DNA from: Octopus sinensis
Lineage: Eukaryota
Direction of reading: 5' to 3'
Assembly (NCBI RefSeq): GCF_006345805.1
Contig: NC_043015.1
Span: forward strand, 15,314,001-15,378,000
DNA length: 64,000 nt
Numbering within the stretch: the first letter of the stretch is position 1; each line of letters starts with the position of its first letter. The notes beneath the pieces were generated by a model. It saw only the letters and a program-made list of their open reading frames with translations. It searched no databases and was not told the DNA's origin. The translations under genes were made by a program, and so were the position numbers. Shown here piece by piece: positions 35,261 to 49,607 of this stretch.

Positions 35261-38200
35261 ACAATGTTTGAACGGAGATGTAGATTTGTGTTGCATTCAA
35301 GAAGTAAAGTGAAGTTCTGCTAGGTTCCTCACAGGCAAAGAACATAGGTGGGTATACTTCTTGCGGAGAAATGGGTTGATAAAGTAATCAAGGTAGTCAG
35401 AGTCAGTGATAGAATACTTAAAATTAAATTAGTGCTGCAATATGAATTAGCAACCATTATCTTGGCCTATGCCCCTCAGCCAGGGCTACCTGATGAACAG
35501 AAAGACCGATTTTATGACACCCTCTTGCACACTACCTCGTTGACGAATGACAAGTACCTCCTCTTTGTGGCTGGCAACTTCAATGGGCATGTTGGACAAC
35601 ATGCAGGGGGCTTCCATGGCATACATGGTGGCTATGGTTTTGGTTCCTGCAGTGAGGAGGGAACCAGGCTACTGGAATTCAGCAATGCAAATGATCTTAT
35701 GGTTTGCAATACTAACTTCAGGAAACCTGCCAGTCACCTATTCACCTACCGGTCTGGTGGACACACTAGTCAAATTGACTACATCCTCACCAGGAAACGA
35801 GAAAGATGGCTACTTATAAATGCCAAAACCTTCCCAGGTGAAGAATGCACCCAACAACATAGATTAGTAGTTAGCGACTTCAGGATCAGAGCTAAATGGA
35901 TGCCCAGCAGACAACCAGCATGGATCTAGAAGCTTAAGGATCCTGTGAATGGACAGAGATTTAGAGACATATTGCTTGAAGCTTTTGACGAAATAGAGGA
36001 GGATATAGCATCACATGATGTGGAAGACAACTGGAGGTTCCTGTGGGACAACCTGTTGAGGGCTACTGACCAGATCTGTGAATGGTGCAAAGCCTCCTTT
36101 TGACCCAAGGTAACGTGGTGGTGTAATAGTGTATTTGACTGGACCATTAGAGAGAAGAAACAGACATGGAAGAAGGGTGGTAGCAGGGAATTGTATCAGA
36201 TTGCCAGAAGGGAAGCTAGGAGATGGGTTTATTTAGCCAGAGGGGAAGCAAATAAGGAAAAAATTTGCCAATGTTCTGTGTCATAAGGACCAAAGACTTG
36301 AAGTGTTTTGTGTTGCAAGACAGTGTGTGAGAGAGAATCATAATGTCATGGGAAAGAAATGTGTCTGCATGGATGATGGTTCACTTGCGCTAAATGAGGA
36401 TGCAAAGAGAGAGACTTGGAGATGCCATTATGAAAGGTTGCTAAATGAAGAGAATGAATGGGAGGAAGAGAGTCTGCCAAATGTCGACCCAACAGCTATC
36501 CAAATTGACAGTACCTTGGTAGATAAAGCAATTAAGGGTATGAAGACAGGGAAAGCTCCCGACCCATCAGGAATCACCACAGAGATGCTTAACCCTTTCG
36601 TTACCAAACCGCCTGAAAAAAATTTTGGTTAATGTCACCAAACCGCCCAAAGCCGCCCGAATTTACCTATTCATATTTAAATGAGAATATCAGAGCAAAT
36701 CTCTTTAGTACATTCGTGAAAATACGTATTATACTTCGTAAAGAGTTCAACTACAGTTTTGTACAAAAATCGAAGTATAATTTTAATTCCGTGAATTTTG
36801 GGAGATTTTTTCCCAAAATTTGTTCCTATTGTGTTTTCAAAATTTGTAATTCTGACAAAAAATGGATACAAATTTCATTATATCAAGCAGCAAGTCAGAA
36901 TTCGAAGGATTTTCTACTGAAGACCTTCATAAATCTAACTCTATGACTGAAAAAAAAAGCATGTGGTATTTGATAATGAATCTGATGTTTCATTTTCCGA
37001 AAGTGAAAACAGTGAATCTGAGAGCTCCGACAGCGATAAAGAAAATGAATTGGCACCTGAATGGAGTGAAAATTTAAAAACTGTTTCTTTCAGTGATTTT
37101 TCTGAAGAAACTGGACCAAGCTACAGACTTTCCCAGAAGAGTAAAGCTTTGACTATTTCTTTTTACTTTTTCGAATGAGCCTATTTGAAATCATTACGGC
37201 GGAAACGAACCGTTACGCTAAATGTAAACAAAACGAAAGAAAGGATAGTTTGTGATTTTCCCACAACCTTAAATGAAATTAAGACTATTTTGCCATAAAT
37301 ATTATTATGCTGGTGACGAAGGGCCCCTCACTCAGAGTAAAAGGTAGACTGTATGATGCATGTGTGTGAACAGCCATGCTACATGGCAGTGAAACGTGCT
37401 GTGACTGCTGAGGATATGCATAAGCATGCAAAAAATGAAGCTAGCATGCTCCGCTGGTTGTGTAATGTCAGTGTGCATACACAACAGAGTGTAAGTGCCC
37501 TGAGAGAAAAGTTGGATATAAGAAGCATCAGATGTGGTGTGCAAGAGACGTCTGCGCTAGTATGGTCATGTGTTGCATATGGATAAGGACAGCTGTGTGA
37601 AAAAGTGTCACACCCAGCAGAGAGGGAACCTGTGGAAGAGGTAGATCCAGGAAGACCTGAGATGAGGTGGTGAAGCACAACCTTTGACTGTTGGTCCTCA
37701 TGGAGACGATGACAAGTGACCAAAACTTTTGAAGGTATGCTGTGCTTAAGAAGACCTGGCAAACCAAGTGAGATCATACCAGTAGCCTATGCAAATGCAG
37801 CATAACCGGCCCATTTAAGAGTACCCTTCATTGGACAATAAATTGTGCTTGCGAAGACCTGTTGAGTCAAATGATGTCATTGTCATGGCTGATGCCAGTA
37901 TCGCTTGATTGGTACCTGTGCCGGTGGCACATAGAAAGCACCATTAAAATGTGGTCGATGCCAGTGGTGCCTGACTGGTGCCAGTGGCACGTAAAAAGCA
38001 CCATTTGAGCGTGGTCATTGCCAGTGCCACATGCCTGGCAGCCATGCCAGTGGCACATAAAAAGCACCATTTCAGCGTGGTCATTGCCAGTGCTGCCTGA
38101 CTGATCCTCGTGGTGGTGGAATGTAAAAAGCACCATTGTAAAAATCACCATTTGAGCGTGGTCAGTATCAATATTGCCTGACTGGCCCTCATGCCAGTGG

Positions 38201-38530
38201 CACGTAAAAAGCACCATTTCAGCGTGGTCATTGCCAGTGCTGCCTGACTGATCCTCGTGGTGGTGGAATGTAAAAAGCACCATTGTAAAAATCACCATTT
38301 GAGCGTGGTCAGTATCAATATTGCCTGACTGGCCCTCATGCCGGTGGCACGTAAAAAGCACCCATTACACTCTCAGAGTGATTGGCGTTAAGAAGGCATC
38401 TAGCTGTGGAAACTTTCCCAGATCAGATTGGAGCCTGGTGCAGCCTTCTGGCTTGCCAGCCCTCAGTCAAACCGTCCAACCCATGCCAGCATGGAAAGCA
38501 GACGTTACATGACGATGTTGATGATGATGA
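35261..38530 (+). mobile_element. RTE LINE (APE endonuclease + RT N-terminus + C-terminus/3'UTR), decayed, RT core missing
   Basis: GILLAEKWVDKV..AYAPQPG..GNFNGHVG..SQIDYIL..QHRLVV APE motifs; C-terminal EASMLRWLCNV..LREKL; (GAT)n tail. Confidence 0.92.
36593..37309 (+). mobile_element. piggyBac left end plus transposase N-terminus, nested in the RTE
   Basis: TTAA|CCCTTTCG terminus; acidic N-terminus followed by LFEIITAETNRYA..PTTLNEIK (DDE_Tnp_1_7-like). Confidence 0.8.
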
Positions 38531-39349
38531 ACAACACATTTTAATCTTGATTAAGCAGAAAAATTCAGGAAATGTGACATAACTGATTAGTCTGTGTGCG
38601 TCATGATAAAACCAAAAATAATATGATGCATAATTGTCTTGTTTCAAATTCTGTTACAAGCACACCATATACCAGCATATACCATCATGGTATATGCTGA
38701 ATGGAATTATTACTCATTGACATAGGCTTACATCTGATTTGGACACAGACACTGAGTAGACTTTCAAGTATCATAAAACAAATTTTAATAATGATCCGTT
38801 GATTAGACTCATTAAAACTTGATTAAAGTGAGAATCTGATGAGTGCACGCTACACATTTGTAGTGACATGAAAATTTTCACACCCTGTAGAAAGGGTTGT
38901 GTCATTTTCCACCCAAAGGATTTTGCCTACTTGGCATTAATTTTGGCAGTTAAAAATAAAATCAGATACTTTACGAATGCACCTCATATAGTGTATCAAT
39001 GTAATATACAACAACTAACTTCATATAACTCTGCATCAGCTCCACTGTCATTCATTTCAAATTTTAATAAAATCAGCACATCTTGATTTGTACACATTTC
39101 ACTTGAAGCAAATCCTCATTATTTTCAGCTTATATTTTGGAACTGAAGAATAAAAATAGACCCTACACCTTAAATTAGAAAATCCTCATCATTGCTAAAT
39201 CTTACATGAACAACAGAAGTCTGACCTTTGTATTACAGAAACTTATATTAATCTTGCTAAAATTGTATGTACTAATAAAATTTGTAATACTTTTTGTGAA
39301 CCTAAAGAGGTACAGGTTCCAAAAAATGGTACATGAACAATTATGTTTT

Positions 39350-40225
39350 AACAAGAAGGATTAGTACCTTGAGAGAAAAGTTGGACCTAAGAAGCATCAG
39401 ATGTAGTGTGAAAGAGAGACGACTGCACTGGTATGGCCATGTGGCAAGAATGGATGTGGATAGCTGTGTGAAAAAGTGCCACACCCTAGCGGTTGAGGGA
39501 ACCTGTGGAAGAGGTAGACTTGGGATGAGGTGGTGAAGCATGACCTTCGAACATTGGGCCTCACCAAGGCAATGACTAGTGACTGGGACCTTTGGAAATA
39601 TGCTGTGCTTGAGAAGATTCGGCAAGCTCAAGTGAGACCATAACCTCATGGCCTATGCCAAGGGTGTAACCAGCCCACTTATGTGTACCTTTCCTTCATT
39701 GGACACTAAACTCTGCTTGTGAAGACCTGTTGAGGCAGATGAAATCGAAATCAAAATCAAATTTGATGACTGGCATCTGTGCTAGTGGAGCACTAAGAGT
39801 ACCATACGTGTGTAATCATTGCCAGAACAAAAAGCTGGCCTCCGTGCCAGTAACACGTAAAAAACACCATTCGAGCGTGATCATTACCTGTGTTGCCTTA
39901 CTGGCACTTGTGCTGGTGGCATGTGAAAAACATTTGAGCGAGGTCATTGCCAGTGTCGCTGGACTGGCTCCTGTGCAGGTGGCACATAAAAAGCACCATT
40001 TGAGCGTGGCCATTGCCAGTACCACCTGACTGGCCCTTGTGCCATGTAAAAGCACCCACTACACTCTCGGAGTGGTTGGCATTAGGAAGGGCATCCAGCT
40101 GTAGAAACTCTGCCAGATCAGATTGGAGCCTGGTGCAGCCATCTGGTTCGCCAGATCTCAGTCAAATTGTCCAACCCATCCTAGCATGGAAAGCGGATGT
40201 TAAACGATGAAGAATGGTGTGAATG
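39350..40225 (+). mobile_element. RTE 3' fragment
   Basis: LREKLDLRSIRCSVKERRLHWYGHVARMDVDSCVKKC; tandem 3'UTR units; tail. Confidence 0.88.
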
Positions 40226-40329
40226 ATGAATGATGTCCATGTTTTTAAGACATACAATATTTAATACAGGTTATAAGCTTAAACAAGCTAAACTGAAGTT
40301 CAAAGTGTGCTCCAAAATTAAAAGCAGAA

Positions 40330-41260
40330 TATTCATTTCAAAATCTTGATATTGCAAAGTTAAAGGAATACTCTGTTGGACAAGTGTTGACAGGTGACAG
40401 TTGAGAATATCTTAACATCACCAAAACCCATTCCTTGTTGAACAACATTACAGGGCTAGACAAGGCGACTGCTTAAACATGGTGATGTTACAGCAATACA
40501 GTTTAAATATCTTTGCAACTTAATATGGTAAGAAGAGTAAGTCATTGAAGCTGTGAGTGGACAGAGTGATTGTAGCATTGCCTGGGAAAGAAGCTCTAAG
40601 TGACTGCAGCAACATGTAGATTAATCCAGTTGTCTGTCCCTGACAAAGTGTCCTTCAGTGTTTTCATTACCTGCCTGAAAATGGCGGTTGATGAACATTT
40701 CTGAGAAGAATCATTGAAATTTAGGAGCAGAAGGTTGTGAAAAATAATCCTCAGGTTCTGCAATGTCAAGTTGAATTGCAAGTGCCAGCAGCTGCTTATA
40801 GCCTACTTCATTGACTTCAAGAAGACCTTTGACAGCATGCACAGGGTGTGATGTGAGGAGATTCAACAAAGCTGCAATTGTCTTCCTGCACCTTCATCAA
40901 CCACTGCACCAAACTTCACCTATACACATCTATCCTCATGACAACTGACATACACCTACAAAATTTGGAAAAAAATTAAATGAATGCATACAACTGTAAA
41001 TATTTTCCCAGACATTGTCTTTAGTTTATAAGATTTTCTTGGCATGACCACATTACAAATGAAGTCTTGGAAAGATTATAGATGGCAGAAGATACTTCAT
41101 TATGTTTTGCACATACCCTGTGAGAGCTTTTCTCAAATAGATGCAAGAAAAGGGGTGTAAAAAGTGAGGCAGATCTGTAAAGACATAGTTGAGGTCTGCA
41201 GAAGAGGGACTAGGCAGATAGGAGCCTGACTGGGTGCAAGATCATGAAAGGAGTTGTGGT
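40330..41260 (+). mobile_element. Ancient LINE reverse-transcriptase remnant
   Basis: Degenerate SVPDKV..., LLIAYFIDFKKTFDSMHRV RT motif. Confidence 0.6.
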
Positions 41261-41585
41261 TGTACTGGGTGAAATTTGTCTTTGTGCAATACACCATTGG
41301 TCTGAGAGAAGCTAAGACTAAGACTGTTCTTCTTTAAGATTCTCCATTGTCAAGTGGTCATATATGTGTGTGTGTCTGTTCCCCACAACCACCACTTGAC
41401 TGTTGATGTTGATGTGTTTATGTCCCCATAACTTAGCAGTTTGGCAAAAGAGGGTTGATAGAATGAGTACTAGGCTTAAAACAAATAAGTCCTGAGGTTG
41501 ATTTGTTTGATTAAAACCCTTCAAAGCAGTGCTCCAGCATGGTCCATAGTCAAATGACTGAAATAAGTAAAAGCTGAAAGATATA

Positions 41586-42480
41586 TACACAAGGTGCATT
41601 CCAGTTGTTTTGAAACCTTTCGCAGGAGGGACATTTATTAATTTCCGAAATCAAACTCAATTACAGCACTGCATGACTGACGTCCATGCTAGAGGAGTGC
41701 TAAGAGCACCATCCGAGTGTGATTGTTGCCAGGGCCACTGACTGGCCTCTGTGCCAGTGGCTTGTAAAAACACCCACTACACTCTTGGAGTGGTTGGCGT
41801 TAGGAAGGGCATCCAGCTGTAGAAACTCTGCCAGATCAGATTGGGGCCTGGTGCAGCCAGTCAAACTGTCCAACCCATGCCAGCATGGAAAGTGGACGTT
41901 AAATGATGATGATGATGATGAAAGAAGTACAAAATTCTAATCTACTTCAAAATAAGTTTTCTGACTTCAATACACTTGTTGCTACTTCAATAGCACTCCA
42001 GCTACATCATGAAGGCCTCCATGGAAGATTTCCAAAGTAAAGGTGTCCAGGACCCAAGTCTGGACTGTGAGGAAGGTAAGGGACAGTCTTGATGTCCATG
42101 TCTCTCAAGTATTTGGTAACCAGGATGGAATTGCAGATTGACGCATTGTCCTGGTGCATGTGCTGGCTTTTGTGATGAAATCTCTTCCTGAATTCCCTCA
42201 AGTACTTTTTGTTGACCTTCAGGCCAGAGGGAATCCAGTGGATGTAGATGATTCCCTTGCTGTCAAACATATGCATTTGTTTTGCTTGGCCTCTTGTGCC
42301 AATGAAAAACAGCTGCTCAGCTCCTACAAGTTAATCCATAAACAGCCTGGAGCATTTCATAAGTTTCTGTAGCATTTTTGCCCAGTTAAACACAAAACTT
42401 TATTGCATCAAGAACTTCCAATTGCCTTCACGTTCTGACTGCATTCTGCAAACTAATCAGCTGTGGGAAGCAGTGTTTAG
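41586..42480 (-). mobile_element. mariner transposase remnant interrupted by an RTE tail
   Basis: FDSKGIIYIHWIPSG..HQDNAS..HSPDL motifs (42007-42276). Confidence 0.8.
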
Positions 42481-42888
42481 TAGCATGTGTTCAAAGTGCT
42501 CTTACAGCTCTCCTTCAATCTGGAATAAAATGTTGGCAGGTCAGCATATGCACAAAACAAAAAAAAATTATTTTTACTTTTTCTAAGTGTAAATCTAATA
42601 CATTCTTTATACTTGATTGACTTCCATGCCGGTGACACGTAAAAAGCACCATCTGTTTGTGTTCGATGCCAGCTCCTCTGACCCCTGTGCCGGTGGCACG
42701 TAAAAGCACCCACTACACTCTTGGAGTGGTTGGTGTTAGAAAGGGCATCCAGCTGTAGAAACACTGCCAGATCAGATTGGGGCCTGGTGCAGCCTCCTGG
42801 CTTCCCAGACCCCAGCCAAACCGTCCAACCCATGCTAGCATGAAAAAACAGACGTTAAACGATGATGATGATGATGATATATATATAT

Positions 42889-42921
<33 letters not shown>

Positions 42922-42922
<1 letters not shown>

Positions 42923-44167
42923 CAGGTTATTAAGAATGAAATGTCTGATTTTCTTATGCACCAAGTCCTGACAATTCTTTGTTTTATAACATTGAAGAGT
43001 TACATTATCACTTTTCAAAATGTAATTCATGGTGTCTGATTATATTGTGATTTTTCTCTTGTAAATCAATTTTTGTGAATCCATGGATAGATAAAAAATT
43101 TGTGTTGTTTATGAATATGAGTTCCATCATGGTACCAATGCATCCCAGACAGCTCAAAACATCAATGGTGAAGATGTAGCAAATGAGCGCACTGTACGTC
43201 AATGGAACTCATATTCATAAACAACACTGTACGTCAATGGTTTCAGAAGTTCCATTCTGGTGACTTTACTCTTGAAAATCAGTCCTGTGGTAAACATGAG
43301 ACCAAAGTGAATAATGATGTGCTGGAAACTGTAGTAGAAGTGGATACATCTCAAACTACACATGAGTTAGCAGCAAGGTTTGATGTTTCAATTTCAACTG
43401 TATTGGACCATCTGAAACAAATCGGCAAGGTAAAGAAGCTGGACAAGTGGGTACCACACAAAATGAATGAGCATCAAATGAAACCTCGTCTTGAAACTTG
43501 CTGTCATGGCATAAAAGTGAACCATTTTTGTGTCGTATTATTATGTATGATGAAAAATGGATTCTTTCCAACAATAGCAAGTGTTCTGCATGGTGGTTGC
43601 AGAGAGACGAAGTGCTAAAACACAATCCAAAAAAGAATATTCACCAAAAAAGCTAATCGCGTCTGTTTGGAGCTGGACCGGTGTCATCCACTATAGCTTC
43701 ATGAGACCTTGTAAGTCAATTATAACGGATATATTTGTCAACCAACTGGATGAAATGATGAGTGAACTTGCCATTAAACAACCGAGATAGGTCAATAGAA
43801 ACAAGCCAATTCTCTTGCAAAACAATGTTCGACCACATGTTGCACAAAGAATGCTACTCAAGTTACAGGAACTGAACTTGGAAATACTCTGTCACCCACC
43901 TTATTCACTGGACTTGTACTAACTATCATGTTTTCCAGGCATTAGACAACTTTTTGCAAGGAAAAAAGATGCAAACAGCCTTTTGTGATTTCATCACCTC
44001 TTGCTCTCCAGAATTCTTTGCTGCTAGCATAAATAAGCTACTGATAAAATGGCAAAATTGTGTTGATAATTTAGGTGCATACTTTGATTAACTGCATTGC
44101 TTTCTGTTGAGATAAAGTAAAATAAACTTTCAGTTCAAAATCAGACATTTCATTCTTAATGACCTGA
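42922..44167 (+). mobile_element. Near full-length (1246 bp) decayed mariner
   Basis: TIRs TCAGGT(T/C)ATTAAGAATGAAATGTCTGATTT, TA TSDs, HTH and WVPHKMN motifs, frameshifted DDD domain. Confidence 0.93.
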
Positions 44168-45236
44168 TAGGTGCTTCCTTATCATAGTTTCATGCTCATA
44201 TCCATGAATTTGGACACAACAATCTCAGGTGGAATCTGCTGTAGTTCTTGAAGTAAAAGTTAATAAAGTAGCTTGTAACTTGATTCATAATGTCACTGGT
44301 GCTTTGTCAGTTGCTCCAAAAAGAGATAGTTAAAACTTCATACTCTGCCTGCAGGTTGACATCAACTCTTTATTTCCTTTCATTATTGGTTTGAAGTGGT
44401 TTATGATAATTTCTTTTCATAATTCATATCAAATCAACATCATATTGTATTACATCATATCATCTCAAAATATTGTTACGGTAATTATATTTTTCACTCA
44501 AACAAAAGTTTGACCATTTTGACCTGGTATTTATAGGTTTGGTTCAGTCTTAAACAGCTCATGCAATGCCAGTAAATTCATTGCAGTTTTTCTATTGCTA
44601 AAAGTAATATAGTGAGAGTGATATAGTGTTCTCTTTATGACAGTATTTGAAAGGATTCATGTGTTTCTCTAGTTAATTCTTAAATTGAGTTCTCTATTAA
44701 ACCAATATAAGACAGTAAACTCATTTAAGAATCAACTATACTAGCACATGTACTCCTTCAAGCATGACCACAAAGCATTACATCAGTCTCTGAGCACATT
44801 GTTATAGGATATTAAGCAAGAAAAAGAGTACTCGATGCGTGTGGGAGAGCATATTTATTATGTTAGGATTTAAAATATCACACTTTTGTTACTTGAGTAA
44901 TGAAATTGTGAGATTTTAAACATATACACACATGCACACAGACATACACAATATGTTCATCTGTCAAAAATATTGATTTATACATCATTTTTGAAAATTC
45001 TACCCAGGTGAATGGCCTTGAAGCAAAATGGAATTAATGAAATAGGTTTATTAAATATCCACCCATATATACCCAACATGTAGAAATACACAAGTACAAT
45101 TAAAAATACATAAATATGTAAGTATATGATTCTTTGTTTCTTATAAAGTTTTCAAATGTAGAATCAAAAAAACACATACACACATACACACACACACACA
45201 CATACATGCATGCATACATACATACATACATACATA

Positions 45237-45450
45237 CGAGGGGGTGATTAAAAGTTCTTGGCTTCAAGGGTATTGCAAGAGCCTGGTTGGAGGCCCTGCT
45301 TTCCGAGTTCTTTTACAGGGTTTAGAAAAACTGAAGGACCACTGCAATAAGTGTGTGAATCTAAGAGAGGAATATGTTGAATAGAATCAAAATTAACTGA
45401 TCCTCCTGTATTGTCTTTTACCCAAAGCAAGGAACTTTTCAGCACCCCTA
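45237..45450. mobile_element. mariner-derived MITE
   Basis: TA|CGAGGGGGTGATTAAAAGTTC...GAACTTTTCAGCACCCCTA|TA. Confidence 0.8.
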
Positions 45451-45492
45451 TACATACATACATACATATGTATATTTAAAAATGCATGTATG

Positions 45493-45494
<2 letters not shown>

Positions 45495-45572
<78 letters not shown>
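45495..45572. repeat. (AG)n microsatellite
   Basis: Perfect dinucleotide run. Confidence 0.97.
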
Positions 45573-45575
<3 letters not shown>

Positions 45576-47810
45576 TGAAAGAGGCATGGCAAAATACAGG
45601 ATACCATCAAGTTTGGAATCAAACTTAGTGTTCTCATATTCCAAACAAATCGGTCTTTAATCTTATAGCTTCTTGTCAGAAAAGATAGAAAATAAGAGAT
45701 TTGAATTTGCTTCACAAGTGTAAGTCGTCTTTACATATGTGTATGATTGTATGGTTAGAAAATATAGACATGTATGTTATATAGACATATGCTTGGTTAT
45801 TTTTACATTGACAAATTTGGAAAATGAGTGATTTTAATACATTAGAAACTGAGCATTATGTTGTATTTGAAATTATATTTTTTATATACTTTTTATTGGT
45901 TCTGCTCTATAGATATTTGTTTAAAGTTATTTTCTCTGTTACAAAGTTGATGAGTGTGAGAGGAATTCTTTAAATGAATGCATTGATAAATTTTGATTTG
46001 TTTTAAGCAACACCTTTGTCAAGGTCAGATTCTATTGCTTTGGTAAAGAGTGAAATTAAACATTGCTTTACAAAGTTGGGAATATTTTGGCAAGAGTCAA
46101 ATTTAGTTCTTTTATTCTTTCACAGGTATCAATGATTGAAATGTGACCATGCTGTGGCACTTTTTTTCATGTTGATATTAATATTTTGGAAACTATTCAC
46201 TAACTAAAATACATCTCCTAATTTCTAAAAGTATTCATTGTCAGGTAACATTATTCTTAACTCCACCTCACCACCAAATAAGCTTTCTTTTCTTTTTCCT
46301 ATTTCCCAAGTTACCTGAAGATGTTGTATCTTGTTGCTAGCTAACTGAATAACTATAAACTATATTGAGACCTTGCTACTATTCGATGCTAGTGATGGTA
46401 TTAGAACCATCAGTATTCCACTACCTTATCTGCAGTGCTCACTAAACTCAGTAGGCATTCAAGTTGTTTCAATCATTAAAATACAGCACCAAGTGTTAAT
46501 CTATTGTTACCTTTTATTAATATAAGTTTTCATTGGGTTTCTTAACTGGAGTAGAGTATCTAGGAAAAGAAAGCATTTTGTTTTGTATGAATGAATGTTA
46601 GAAAATAGGTGAAGACTGCTATATCAATTAATTCAAAATTTTCGGAACAAATGTGAAAGTTGGTAATATATAGAACTAATTATTGTTATTTATAATATGC
46701 TAAATACTATTTCAGAGTGTTTTATTGAGAAAATATGTTATTATTTATTCTAATATAGCATTTTATTATCATTTTGTAAGCAATTGTATCAAGACTGTCT
46801 CACAACTTTTTAAATTAAATATGTAGAATACCATCCACAGTAAGTTCACTAGCAGAAATGAGTTTTATAATGGTTATCTGATGAAATATCCTTTAGAATT
46901 ATATCATTTTATGTTTATACATCAAAGATAGAAGTGACTGTTGTTAAATATTTTATGAGGTGAGTTATCATCAACACTTCAAATGTTACTGAATAGGAAC
47001 AATGGAAAAGTATTATATGGAATTTCTACATTTGAGATAGATACTCAAGACTTCTTTTGACACTCAAAGAATGCTATCTCTCTAATGATTTATCTGGTTT
47101 TCAATGTAATTCTTGACAACCATTACATTTCACTAACGGATGTGAAACATTGGAAAAAAAAATTCAAAGCTGAAATAAAACTTGTGGAAAATTACTAAGG
47201 CAGCCTAGAGTAAAATATATTGTAACATATCAATAAGGATCTGGATAAAACAGTAAATACTTTTGTTAATTTCATAAATATTTTACAGATGAATGATATT
47301 TTTTTAAATGAAATATTACTTTCTTTGTTTCAACAGTAATGACTCCATTTTAGTATCATGGAATTATAATTGAAAAAACTTATTAAGATAGAATTCTGAA
47401 AAAATATAAGAAATGGAGACACTGAAATGCAACTATAGAAGAGAGTACCAATTAGCTACCCCCATTTTTGTACTGAAAACCCTTCAGTATATGGGCAATG
47501 TAAACTAACCAGAAGATTGGTGTTATTTGCTTCTACCAGCACAAACACTTTGATCAGAATAAAAATGGACATTTGGTATAGAGCAACAATGTGATTACTG
47601 CCTGTGTGTGTATGTGTACATACATATGTGTCAATATATATATATATATATATATAGAAGGTTGTTTTTAATGACTGGTAACAGAATGACTCCATAAGGT
47701 GCTTAACTGTATGGTCACTCTCTGACTGCTCATAACAAACAACCTTCTAGATATTACTATCCTAACATTTTGCTTCTATTTCAGATATATGAACTACTGA
47801 CTGATATATA

Positions 47811-47857
<47 letters not shown>

Positions 47858-48284
47858 GCCAGCATGGAAGGTGGATGTTAAACGATAATGATGATGATGA
47901 TCACACACAAACATATATACATATACATATATGCACGCACACACACACACACACACACGTACATATATATGCATCTGTATAGGTGTGTGTGTGAGTGTGT
48001 GTGTATCTGCAATTGTATGTATGCAATAATTATCACAAAATGTCAAAATAATTACATAAAGAGTGCTTGATCATCTAATACACTTCAAAAGTTGTTAACC
48101 AAATCATAGTAAGTAGTAGGTAGATTCGACCAATTTAGTCATATTCGTACATTAATTTTACTAGTACAATTGATAATTAATGCCAGGAATGATAAAATGT
48201 AACAAACAATTTTACACATATAAATTCTTCTTTAATCAGTCATAAAATTATTACCATGCACAGGGGTAGGATCATAAACAATAA

Positions 48285-48505
48285 TATTGGTTTCAAATTT
48301 TGGCACAAGGCCAGCAATTTCAGGGAGAGGATAAGTCAGTTACATCAACCCCCAGTGTTCATCTGGTACTTATTTAATCGACCCCAAAGGGATGAAAGGT
48401 AAAGTCAACCTCGGCAGAATTTGAACTCAGAACATAAAGATGGACAAAATGCCACAAAGCATTTTGCCCAGCATGCTAATGAGTCTGCCAGATTGCTGCC
48501 TTAAT
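48285..48505 (-). mobile_element. tRNA SINE
   Basis: Reverse complement of the 14808-15032 family. Confidence 0.85.
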
Positions 48506-49576
48506 AATAAACAATATTAGAAGGATGGAAATGGTTACTGACAGAGTTAAAGCTGACTCACAAAATAAAATAAACTGTTCAAAGAAGGAGGGAAAAAAGA
48601 AAACGTAATTTCACCGAATATAAGATAATTTTTTTAGAGAAAATATTCAACTGAATTTATCCAATTTATTGGTGACATTTTAAAATTGCCACTGAAAAAA
48701 TGAAATAAAAACGAAAATCACATCTAGTTTGACTGGAAATTATAATAGGGATATATTGAACATTAAAGTTCAACTTGCTACTGCTTGTGGCAAAATCTTT
48801 GCCCTCAAGCAGCAGCAACAACAACAACAACAACAAAAACAATTATAATCATAAAACTTTCAGTTCATCAAAATATACACAATTGTAAGAAAGGCAAATA
48901 TTTATTACTTTTATTTCATGTTTTTTTATAGAATCTATCATCTGAAATTTATTTCTGTACAAATCTATTTATTAAATGTTATGGTATTCTGAGTATTATT
49001 TCATATTTTCTTTTTATCAAACATTTATATATTGGGATAAAAAAAAACAACAACAAAAAACAAAAAACAAAACAGTGTTGAGAAGTTTTCTTGATCAATT
49101 CTGCAGTACAGTAACAATAGAATTACTTCCCCTACACCAAATGTACGTTCTTCAACTATAAATTAGATTGTTCCAAAAATAACAACATCAAGTTATGCAT
49201 GTAGAGAAACTATTGCCTTTTAAGGCAAGCTTTTGAACATTTTTAGTTGGTTTTAACAGATATTATTATTTAGGGAGTACACAAGTGAAAATTTTGGACA
49301 AAAAAGATAATTATCAAATATATTAGCTGTGTTAACTTGATGACAATTCAAAAATGAAATGTGTTATGTGAAAAATAAATATATAAATATATTTATTTAT
49401 ATATTTTATCTTGGTTTAATTTCCCCCTACATTTTAGATTTTATTGTCAAGCAATACCTGCTGACTTTGTATCCACCAATGAAATTAACCCTCCTTTAAT
49501 GATCACATATACATGACAGACATATATAGTAGCATACACATGTGTTAGAGGCATAAAAACACAAACAATATCATAT

Positions 49577-49607
<31 letters not shown>

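Noticed and set aside
37900-38360. CRISPR-like or coding tandem array (164-aa minus ORF)
   Set aside because: Units are RTE 3'UTR repeats without unique spacers; the ORF is antisense repeat translation.
40070-40215. HDV-like ribozyme in the GGAAGGGCATCC...CCATCCTAGCATGG motif
   Set aside because: It sits at the RTE 3' end before the (GAT)n tail and is better explained as the 3' recognition stem-loop; I could not build the nested pseudoknot.
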